Assembly: GCA_002490425.1 (NCBI GenBank) | Contig: DKTZ01000035.1 | Coordinates: forward strand, 12,024 to 76,023 | Source of the DNA: Ruminococcaceae bacterium UBA7217 | GTDB taxonomy: Bacteria > Bacillota > Clostridia > Oscillospirales > Acutalibacteraceae | DNA length: 64,000 nucleotides | Reading direction: 5' to 3' | Notes under the pieces: model-generated | What the model was told of the DNA's origin: nothing | What the model saw: the letters and a program-made list of their open reading frames with translations, nothing else | Database searches by the model: none | Program-made: the position numbers and the translations under genes | Shown: positions 39,774 through 47,261 of the stretch, in pieces | Position numbering within the stretch: the first letter of the stretch is position 1 | Layout of the letters: every line of letters begins with the position of its first letter

Positions 39774-40523
39774 ATGAAACTTGACAGAGTAATAGCAGTA
39801 AGAAACAGTAAAACCGTTTACCGTGACGGCGACAGATGCATTAAAGTTTTCAATGAGGATTATTCCAAGGCAGATGTACTCAACGAGGCTCTCAATCAGG
39901 CAAGAATTGAGGAAACAGGTCTTAACATTCCTAAAATTCTTGAAGTCAGTATGATTGACGGCAAATGGGCAATTGTTTCGGAATATATCAAGGGTAAAAC
40001 TCTTCAGCAGCTTATGGATGAAGACCCTGACAAGAAAAACGAATATATTGAGATGCTTGTTGACATTCAGCTCGGTATTCACGAAAAGGAATGTCCGCTT
40101 CTTAACAAGCTTAAGGATAAAATGAACAGAAAAATCTGCCAGAGCACACTTGACGCAACAACACGCTATGACCTGCACACCCGCCTTGAGGGTATGCCCA
40201 AGCACAAAAAGGTTTGCCACGGCGACTTTAATCCCTCAAACGTAATAATTACAGAGGACGGCACGCCCTATATTATTGACTGGGCACACGCAACACAGGG
40301 CAATGCCTCGGCAGACGCCGCAAGAACATATCTTCTCTTCTGGCTCGGCGGCGACATTGAGGGTGCAAAGACATATCTTGATATATTCTGCAAAAAAAGC
40401 AATACCGCAAAGCAATATGTTCAAAAATGGATGCCCATTGTTGCCGCTTCACAGTCAGTTAAGGGCAATCAGGCAGAAAGAGAATTCCTGCTTTCCTGGG
40501 TAGATGTTGTAGATTACGAATAA
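39774..40523 (+). CDS. APH/choline-kinase-fold (eukaryotic-like kinase superfamily) phosphotransferase-like protein
   Basis: Candidate ATP-binding Lys in CIKVF (K24), hinge SEYIKG, catalytic-loop (Brenner) motif CHGDFNPSNVII (H149-N156) and metal-binding IIDWAHA (D169). Confidence 0.65.
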   Translation: MKLDRVIAVRNSKTVYRDGDRCIKVFNEDYSKADVLNEALNQARIEETGLNIPKILEVSMIDGKWAIVSEYIKGKTLQQLMDEDPDKKNEYIEMLVDIQLGIHEKECPLLNKLKDKMNRKICQSTLDATTRYDLHTRLEGMPKHKKVCHGDFNPSNVIITEDGTPYIIDWAHATQGNASADAARTYLLFWLGGDIEGAKTYLDIFCKKSNTAKQYVQKWMPIVAASQSVKGNQAEREFLLSWVDVVDYE

Positions 40524-40535
40524 GGAGTTAAAATT

Positions 40536-40775
40536 ATGAAGGTTACGGTTTGCATCGGCAGTTCATGCCACATTAAGGGTTCAAGACAGGTTGTTGAACA
40601 GCTTCAGTATCTTATCAGCGAAAACGGTCTCGGCGATAAGGTTGAGCTTGGCGGCACATTCTGTATGGGCAAATGCCAGCAGGGCGTCTGCGTTACCATT
40701 GACGGCGAGTTTTTCTCAGTTTCACCTGAAACAGTGGAAACATTCTTTAATGACAATATAAAAGCAAAGCTTTAA
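40536..40775 (+). CDS. thioredoxin-like [2Fe-2S] ferredoxin (NuoE/HydC-like, 79 aa)
   Basis: Cys pattern C6-x4-C11 ... C43-x3-C47 in VCIGSSCHIKGS...GGTFCMGKCQQG. Confidence 0.7.
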   Translation: MKVTVCIGSSCHIKGSRQVVEQLQYLISENGLGDKVELGGTFCMGKCQQGVCVTIDGEFFSVSPETVETFFNDNIKAKL

Positions 40776-40834
40776 TACTGCGTAATTTTTAAAAAGGGTT
40801 ACATCTGCCGGAAAAAACGGCGGGTGTGCCCGAT

Positions 40835-40863
40835 TTGACGTTTTTATACATTTCAGTTACAAT
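40835..40863 (+). promoter_or_regulatory. near-consensus sigmaA promoter for hydS-pp2c-hydA
   Basis: TTGACG (40835-40840), 17-nt spacer, TACAAT (40858-40863). Confidence 0.55.
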
Positions 40864-40897
40864 GATATTAAAATAAATTGAGAGGATGTAACGGATA

Positions 40898-42577
40898 ATG
40901 CCGAACTGTTTAACATTAAAAAAATCCAACTGCAAAAACTGCTATAAATGTATTCGCCACTGTCCCGTAAAGGCAATCCGTTTTTCGGGAAATCAGGCTC
41001 ATATCATCGGCAACGAGTGTATTCTTTGCGGTCAGTGCTTTGTTGTCTGTCCTCAAAATGCAAAGGAAATTGTTGACGAAACCGAAAAGGTTAAGGTTCT
41101 TCTTCAGTCGGGCGACCCCGTTATTGTCAGTCTTGCACCGTCATTTGTTGCCAATTACGACGGCACGGGAATAAATTCAATGAGAAAGGCACTTAAAAAG
41201 CTGGGCTTTTACGATGTTGAAGAAACGGCAATCGGTGCAACAATAGTAAAAACAGAATACGAAAGAATGATTAAAGAGGATGAGAGGGATCTTATAATTT
41301 CCTCATGCTGTCATTCCATAAATCTTCTTATTCAAAAGCATTACCCCGCGGCGCTCCCGTACCTTGCGGACATAATGTCCCCAATGCAGGCGCACTGTAC
41401 CGATATAAAAAAGCGTTATAAAAATGCTAAAACCGTTTTCATAGGACCTTGCGTTGCAAAAAAGGACGAGGCAGAGCATTACGAGGGAATTGTCGACGCA
41501 GTTTTAACCTTTGAGGAACTAACCCAATGGCTGAAAGCAGAAAACATTGAAATTGAGTCGGAAACAGACAACGATGTTTGCAGCCGTGCGCGTTTCTTCC
41601 CGACAACAGGCGGTATACTTAAAACTATGGCTCAGGAAAACACGGGTTATACATATTTAGCAATTGACGGAGTTGAAAACTGTATTGCCGCACTTAAAGA
41701 CATCGAAAGCGGTAAAATTCATAACTGCTTTATTGAAATGTCAGCTTGTGTCGGCAGCTGTTCGGGCGGCCCCGTTATGGAGAAATACCACCGCACAGCG
41801 GCAGTTAAGGATTACATTACCATTGCAAATTATGCAGGTCCTAAGGATTTTGAGATATCTCAGCCTGCGGCAAAGGACCTTAAAAAGAACTTTGAATTTA
41901 TTGAACAGCGTCTTCCGCAGCCGAGCGAGAGTGAAATTAACGCAGTGCTTCGTCAGATGGGCAAATTCAAGCCCTCACAGGAGCTTAACTGCGGCTCCTG
42001 CGGCTATAATACCTGCCGTGAAAAGGCGGCGGCGATAATTCAGGGTAAGGCTGAAATTTCAATGTGTCTGCCTTTCCTTAAGGATAAAGCCGAGAGCTTT
42101 TCCGATACTGTTGTCAACAATTCACCAAACGGACTTATTGTACTTAACGAACAGCTTGAGGTTCAGCAGATTAACAAAGCCGCAAAAGAAATTATGAACA
42201 TCCGCTATGACTCGGATGTTCTCGGCACGCAGGTTATAAGAATCCTTGACCCTGCGCCCTTTATGAAGGTTCGTGACACAGGCAGAGGAATACACAACGA
42301 GCGTGTTTACCTTGCCGAATACAAGCGTTACGTTGAGCAAACCATTGTTTACGACCGTGATTCAAGAATGCTTGTGGGCATTATGCGTGATGTTACCGAC
42401 GAGCAGTATGAGAGAGAAAAGAAAGAGGATATAAGCAAGCAAACAGTTGAGGTTGCCGACAAGGTTGTTGAAAAGCAGATGAGAATTGTTCAGGAAATAG
42501 CATCACTTCTCGGTGAAACCGCCGCTGAAACGAAAATTGCACTTTCAAAGCTTAAGGAGTCAATAACCGATGAATGA
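40898..42577 (+). CDS. hydS: HydS-type (group C, putative sensory) [FeFe]-hydrogenase homologue with a C-terminal PAS domain
   Basis: Two CxxCxxCxxxCP ferredoxin motifs (residues 11-22 and 41-52). H-domain motifs are SSCCHS (135-140), GPCVAKKDE (183-191) and EMSACVGSCSGGP (280-292). An extra motif C365-x2-C368-x4-C373-x16-C390 follows, then a PAS-like region (about 400-520) and a helical tail. Confidence 0.8.
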   Translation: MPNCLTLKKSNCKNCYKCIRHCPVKAIRFSGNQAHIIGNECILCGQCFVVCPQNAKEIVDETEKVKVLLQSGDPVIVSLAPSFVANYDGTGINSMRKALKKLGFYDVEETAIGATIVKTEYERMIKEDERDLIISSCCHSINLLIQKHYPAALPYLADIMSPMQAHCTDIKKRYKNAKTVFIGPCVAKKDEAEHYEGIVDAVLTFEELTQWLKAENIEIESETDNDVCSRARFFPTTGGILKTMAQENTGYTYLAIDGVENCIAALKDIESGKIHNCFIEMSACVGSCSGGPVMEKYHRTAAVKDYITIANYAGPKDFEISQPAAKDLKKNFEFIEQRLPQPSESEINAVLRQMGKFKPSQELNCGSCGYNTCREKAAAIIQGKAEISMCLPFLKDKAESFSDTVVNNSPNGLIVLNEQLEVQQINKAAKEIMNIRYDSDVLGTQVIRILDPAPFMKVRDTGRGIHNERVYLAEYKRYVEQTIVYDRDSRMLVGIMRDVTDEQYEREKKEDISKQTVEVADKVVEKQMRIVQEIASLLGETAAETKIALSKLKESITDE

Positions 42578-43742
42578 TTTATGTGCCGATATTGGATATA
42601 AAAGTATAAATCATTACGGCGAAGAACTTTGCGGCGACCATGTTGACATTGTTGAGCCGAATGATGAATCAACCGTTATTGTGCTTTCGGACGGTCTTGG
42701 AAGCGGCGTTAAGGCGAGCATTCTCTCTACTCTTACGTCAAAAATTATTTCTACTATGCTGTCCGAAGGCTTATCGCTTGAGGAATGTGTTGAAACCATA
42801 GCCGCAACCTTACCTGTTTGCTCGGTAAGGGGCGTTGCTTATTCGACATTTACGATTATTCACCTTAAGCAAAACCAAACCGCTGAAATTATTCAGTACG
42901 ATAACCCCCATGCAATTATTATCCGTGACGAGAAAAATTGGGACTATCCCAAAACGGAAATGAATATAGGCGGAAAGAAAATTTTTAAATCCGTTATCAA
43001 ATTGCAGGAAAATGACATTTTTATCGCAATGAGCGACGGCTGTCCCCACGCAGGCATAGGCACTGCCTACAATTTCGGCTGGAAGAGAGAGGATATAATC
43101 ACCTTTATGGAGGCGCTCGCACACGTCGGATACACTGCGAAAACGCTTTCCACAATGCTTGTTGACGAATGTGACAATCTTTACGGTCACGAGCCGGGCG
43201 ACGATGCAACAGCCTGTGTTGTAAAAATACGAAAAAGAGAGCCGATGAATATTCTGTTCGGCCCGCCCTCAAACCGTGACGATGCAGACAGAATGATGTC
43301 CCTGTTTTTCGGGAAAGAGGGCAAGCACATTATCTGCGGCGGAACAACCTCGTCAATTGCCGCTAAATTTTTGAGAAAGCCTCTCAGAGCATCGCTTAAT
43401 TTTGAGCAGAGCGACATTCCCCCTATTGCGGAGCTTGAGGGTGTTGACCTCGTAACCGAGGGCGTTATTACTGTCAACAGAGTACTTGAATACGCTAAGG
43501 ACTACCTTGCGGAGAATAAGCAGTACGAGCATTGGGGCTTTAAAAATGACGGAGCGTCTTTAATTTGCCGTTTGCTTTTTGAAGAGGCTACGGATATAAA
43601 CTTTTATGTTGGCAGAGCAATAAATCCTGCTCACCAAAACCCCGACTTGCCCATAAATTTCAGCATAAAAATGAATCTTGTTGAAGAGCTTTCAAAATGT
43701 CTTAAACAGATGGGCAAAAAAATCAAAGTCAGTTATTTTTAA
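42570..43742 (+). CDS. PP2C/SpoIIE-family serine phosphatase with an uncharacterised ~170-aa C-terminal domain
   Basis: CGD (21-23), DGLGSGVKAS (41-50), MSDG and DDATACVV motifs. The start overlaps the hydS stop (ATGAATGA). Confidence 0.8.
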   Translation: MNDLCADIGYKSINHYGEELCGDHVDIVEPNDESTVIVLSDGLGSGVKASILSTLTSKIISTMLSEGLSLEECVETIAATLPVCSVRGVAYSTFTIIHLKQNQTAEIIQYDNPHAIIIRDEKNWDYPKTEMNIGGKKIFKSVIKLQENDIFIAMSDGCPHAGIGTAYNFGWKREDIITFMEALAHVGYTAKTLSTMLVDECDNLYGHEPGDDATACVVKIRKREPMNILFGPPSNRDDADRMMSLFFGKEGKHIICGGTTSSIAAKFLRKPLRASLNFEQSDIPPIAELEGVDLVTEGVITVNRVLEYAKDYLAENKQYEHWGFKNDGASLICRLLFEEATDINFYVGRAINPAHQNPDLPINFSIKMNLVEELSKCLKQMGKKIKVSYF

Positions 43743-43808
43743 GTCGGCGAGTATAATCAGATAAAAAACTGTTTCGGATTGTATTTGTCAACTCAAGGAG
43801 AAAGCAGT

Positions 43809-45230
43809 ATGAGAAAATTTGACACCAAGGTTCAGTATTTGAAATATAAGGTTTTAAGAGAAGTGGCTAACCGTGCGTGGAACGACACTTTGCTTCCGAC
43901 CTTGTTTGATATACCAAAGGCAATAGTTCCCGGCAAGACCTCGACCATGCGTTGTTGTGTCTACAAAGAACGCGCAATTTTGGGCGAACGTGTAAAAATC
44001 GCAATGGGCGGCAACAAGGAAAACCCAAATGTTATTGAGGTTATTGACATTGCCTGTGATGAATGTCCTGCGGCAGGTTATGAGGTAACCGACTCGTGCA
44101 GAGGCTGTCTTGCCCACAGGTGTGAGGACGTCTGCAAAAGAGGAGCTATTTCATTTGACCACAATCACGTGGCACACATTGACAAGTCAAAGTGTGTTGA
44201 ATGCGGTCAGTGCGCAAAGGTTTGCCCATATTCGGCGATTATTAACCGTAAGCGCCCCTGCCAAATCGCCTGCAAGGTAAAGGCAATTTCGATAAATGAA
44301 GAAAATGCCGCCGCTATTGACAATAACAAGTGTATTCAGTGCGGTGCTTGCGTTTACCAGTGCCCGTTCGGCGCAATTACCGATAAATCGTACATCTTGA
44401 ATGTAATTGATATGATAAAAAAGAGCGAGAACAATCAAAAATACAAGGTTTATGCCGTTGTCGCTCCGTCAATTTCAAGTCAGTTTAATTATGCAAAGCT
44501 CGGTCAGGTTATTTCGGGGCTTAAAGAGCTTGGCTTTTTTACAGTTGTTGAAGCGGCACTCGGAGCGGATATGGTAGCAATGGCGGAATCAAAAGAACTC
44601 AGCGAAAAGGGCTTCCTTACAAGCTCATGCTGTCCTGCATTTGTGCAGTATATAAAATCCTCATTCCCTGCTCTTTTGCCCTTCGTTTCTCATAACCTTT
44701 CCCCCATGGCAACGCTTGCGAAATACATAAAGGAAACAGACGGAAATGCAAAGGTTGTGTTTATAGGTCCGTGCACAGCTAAAAAAGCCGAAGCACAGCT
44801 TGACAGTGTGAAGCCTTATGTTGACTCAGTGCTTACCTTTGAGGAGCTTCAGGCGCTTTATGACAGCAAGGATATTGACATTACAACGCTTCCGGAAGAT
44901 GTGCTTGACAATGCCTCTTATTACGGCAGAATTTTTGCCCGTTCCGGCGGACTTTCCGATGCAGTGGCACAGGGACTTAAAGAACAAAATATTGACTTTA
45001 CTGTAAAACCCGCAGTTTGCGACGGAATTGAGGCTTGCAAGGTGGCTCTTCTCAAAAAAAGCAAAAATGTGCTTGATGCCAACTTTATTGAGGGTATGGC
45101 GTGCATTGGAGGGTGCATCGGCGGCGCAGGCTGTCTTACCCACGGCGAAAAGAACAAGGCTGAGGTTGACAAATATGGCAAAGAGGCTTATGAAAAAACC
45201 ATAGGCGATGCCGTATCTTTTATTAAATAA
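43809..45230 (+). CDS. hydA: [FeFe]-hydrogenase, catalytic type (473 aa; motif pattern suggests group B)
   Basis: Cys-rich N-terminus (RCC, CDEC, CRGC..C...C). Two 4Fe-4S motifs (CVECGQCAKVCP, CIQCGACVYQCP). H-cluster motifs TSSCCPAF, IGPCTAKKAE and EGMACIGGCIGGAGC. The ATG at 43809 follows AAGGAG. Confidence 0.85.
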   Translation: MRKFDTKVQYLKYKVLREVANRAWNDTLLPTLFDIPKAIVPGKTSTMRCCVYKERAILGERVKIAMGGNKENPNVIEVIDIACDECPAAGYEVTDSCRGCLAHRCEDVCKRGAISFDHNHVAHIDKSKCVECGQCAKVCPYSAIINRKRPCQIACKVKAISINEENAAAIDNNKCIQCGACVYQCPFGAITDKSYILNVIDMIKKSENNQKYKVYAVVAPSISSQFNYAKLGQVISGLKELGFFTVVEAALGADMVAMAESKELSEKGFLTSSCCPAFVQYIKSSFPALLPFVSHNLSPMATLAKYIKETDGNAKVVFIGPCTAKKAEAQLDSVKPYVDSVLTFEELQALYDSKDIDITTLPEDVLDNASYYGRIFARSGGLSDAVAQGLKEQNIDFTVKPAVCDGIEACKVALLKKSKNVLDANFIEGMACIGGCIGGAGCLTHGEKNKAEVDKYGKEAYEKTIGDAVSFIK

Positions 45231-45249
45231 TCCAAACAACTAAAGAAAA

Positions 45250-45281
45250 GGGCAGATACTTTTTTTGTATCTGCCTTTTTG
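45250..45281. terminator. bidirectional terminator between hydA (+) and the B12-regulated operon (-)
   Basis: AGGCAGATAC-TTTTTTT-GTATCTGCCT followed by TTTTT. A-rich sequence on the other side serves the minus strand. Confidence 0.75.
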
Positions 45282-45307
45282 TTATGTCAGTATTTACTTT
45301 TCTTCAA

Positions 45308-46444
45308 TCAATCAGCCTGTTTCTTCTTTTTCATTACAAAAGCGGTTGAAGCAATAACGCCGAGGGATATTACCGCCACAGACAATACCGAAAATCCGCC
45401 GTCCGTATTGGGAATATCGGGATTTTTATCGACACCGCTGTTGCCGTTTTCCGTGCTCGGTTCTGTAACATCAGGTGTATTGGGCTTTGTATCGGGATTG
45501 TCGGGAGTGACATCGGGAGAATCGGGAGTGTTTTCGGGCAAAATGCTGTAATATGCAGAAAGTCCCTTTATTGCATCCGCCGCTGAATATTTGCTTTCAG
45601 CGCCGTCATAAGTGTAGCTTCCCTCTGTTTCGCCCTTAAACGCCAAAAGTGCATTATACAAACCGGTAAGCTCTGAAAGATTTTCACTTACAGTACCTTT
45701 ATATGTGTAATATGCACATTTTGCCATTAAAGCAAGCGCCGTTGAGTTAACATTGGGCGCTGTGCCGTACTCAGGGTTATAGCAATATCCGCCCTCTGTT
45801 TTGTATGTGTCAAGTACCTTTGCCGCGTCATCAATATAAGCGTTATAACAGTCAAGTCCGCTCTGCGAAATTGCCGAAAGGAACATTGCCGTATTGTCAC
45901 AGCCATAACCCCAGTAATCCATACCGCTTCCCATAGTGTAATAATTCTCAATAAAGCTGTCACAAAGCGATTTTACAAAAGCTTCGCCGCAATACTTTGC
46001 CGCAACGGGAATAATGAAATTATAGAAATAAGGACTTGAAACCTCTTTGTTATCAAGCTTTTCAAAAAGCTCAACAAGGTTTACGGAATTCACATTTGTG
46101 GGGTCGCCGCCCATAGCGTCAAGTATGCCGATTACAGCAGCATAAGAGCTTATATTTTCGCCGTAAGCCGTAACTAATTTTCCGTCGTTATCGTCAAGAT
46201 TTGCCTTTACACTTGCAAGAAATCCGTTATAAAACGCATTTGCGCTTTCGCTCGTACCTACAAGATAGTAATAATCCGCAGCGTTGTCTGCCGTATAGCC
46301 TGAAGCCGCACTGCTTACATAGCCGACCGCATTATCAATTTCTTTCTTAACGCTGTCCTTGCTCGTTAAGCCGACTGCCAATACCGACAGCGAAAGTGAC
46401 AAAGCGAGAATAAGTGCTAAACAGATTGATAAGGTTTTTTTCAT
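45308..46444 (-). CDS. secreted, C-terminally anchored surface protein with an aromatic/Gly-rich helical-repeat domain (prenyltransferase/terpene-cyclase-like alpha/alpha toroid suspected)
   Basis: Signal peptide (MKKTLSICLALILALSLSLSVLA). About 290 aa rich in Y/W/G/A repeats. Pro/Asp/Thr-rich linker (PENTPDSPDVTPDNPDTKPNTPDVTEP). The end is IPNTDGG, a hydrophobic helix and KKKKQAD, resembling a sortase-type or plain TM anchor. Confidence 0.55.
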   Translation of the reverse strand: MKKTLSICLALILALSLSLSVLAVGLTSKDSVKKEIDNAVGYVSSAASGYTADNAADYYYLVGTSESANAFYNGFLASVKANLDDNDGKLVTAYGENISSYAAVIGILDAMGGDPTNVNSVNLVELFEKLDNKEVSSPYFYNFIIPVAAKYCGEAFVKSLCDSFIENYYTMGSGMDYWGYGCDNTAMFLSAISQSGLDCYNAYIDDAAKVLDTYKTEGGYCYNPEYGTAPNVNSTALALMAKCAYYTYKGTVSENLSELTGLYNALLAFKGETEGSYTYDGAESKYSAADAIKGLSAYYSILPENTPDSPDVTPDNPDTKPNTPDVTEPSTENGNSGVDKNPDIPNTDGGFSVLSVAVISLGVIASTAFVMKKKKQAD

Positions 46445-46488
46445 TTTTTATTGCTCCTTTAATTTTTATTCAAAGACAGCGGTTTTTT

Positions 46489-47169
46489 CTAACAAACATA
46501 AGAAAGAACTATGCTGTCTCCGTTTTTTATTTTATAATTTCCGAGTCCCACGCTCGGAGATTTACCGTTAACGGTATAAACCCAACCGCTCTGTGCTCCG
46601 CAGTCCTTTTCTTCAATACCACCGATGCCCACAACATAAACACCGAAAGAAGATTTTTGTGCGTTAAGAGCTATACCTTTTTGGACGCAGGCCTTTTGCA
46701 AAACGTCAAAAGCCGAAGCACCGTCATCGAAATTCACGCTTACAGGCGAAAGAATTATTCCGTTTGACGGAACAAGGGAAATATCCTTTTTAAATTTATT
46801 TTTCTTGCTGAGTATTGATTTACACTCTATTTCAACGGTACAAACCGTTTTTGGCTGAGGCTGTGTAGATTTTTCGGTAGTGGTTACCGTAGGTACCGTG
46901 CTGATTTCGGTTTTTGACGAGGGATTTTTCGTTTCCGTATTTCCCTTTTCGGTACTGCCGTGAGTCTTTGTGATTTCAGTTGAATTTGTTTCACTCGAAT
47001 TTTCAATAGAAATGACACTTTCTTTTTCCGAATATTCCGATGTGTTTTCTGCCGTGCCTGTATTTTCACCGATTGCACTTACATTCAGTTCTGCATTCGG
47101 CGATTTTCCGCAGGCAGAAAACGAAATACATATTATTAAGGATAAAACAACTGCGATAATCTTTTTCAT
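46489..47169 (-). CDS. DUF4430-domain lipoprotein (homologue of the transcobalamin beta-domain)
   Basis: Lipobox in MKKIIAVVLSLIICISFSAC-G and a Ser/Thr/Glu-rich linker. The C-terminal ~110 aa carry DUF4430 hallmarks (CTVEIECKSIL, GASAFDVLQKA, YVVGIGGIEEKDCGAQSGWVYTVNGKSPSVGLGNYKIKNGDSIVLSY). The start is taken at the ATG at 47169. Confidence 0.75.
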   Translation of the reverse strand: MKKIIAVVLSLIICISFSACGKSPNAELNVSAIGENTGTAENTSEYSEKESVISIENSSETNSTEITKTHGSTEKGNTETKNPSSKTEISTVPTVTTTEKSTQPQPKTVCTVEIECKSILSKKNKFKKDISLVPSNGIILSPVSVNFDDGASAFDVLQKACVQKGIALNAQKSSFGVYVVGIGGIEEKDCGAQSGWVYTVNGKSPSVGLGNYKIKNGDSIVLSYVC

Positions 47170-47172
47170 AAG

Positions 47173-47199
47173 CAAAAAACCTCTGCTTTTGGGCAGAGG
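47173..47199 (-). terminator. expression-platform terminator of the cobalamin riboswitch
   Basis: The minus strand reads CCTCTGC-CCAAAA-GCAGAGG followed by TTTTTT, ending 4 nt before the ATG of the DUF4430 gene. Confidence 0.65.
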
Positions 47200-47261
47200 T
47201 ATAGTGTAAAGATAAGTTTCTTTAACTCTCCCGCTTGCCCAAGAGTTTAACAAAATTTTAG

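Noticed and set aside
40798-40892. GTTACATC (40798-40805) is complementary to GATGTAAC (40885-40892), which overlaps the hydS Shine-Dalgarno sequence. This could sequester the RBS.
   Set aside because: The upstream arm lies 5' of the predicted hydS promoter (40835-40863), so it would be present only in read-through transcripts. An 8-bp match 80 nt apart in AT-rich DNA is weak evidence.
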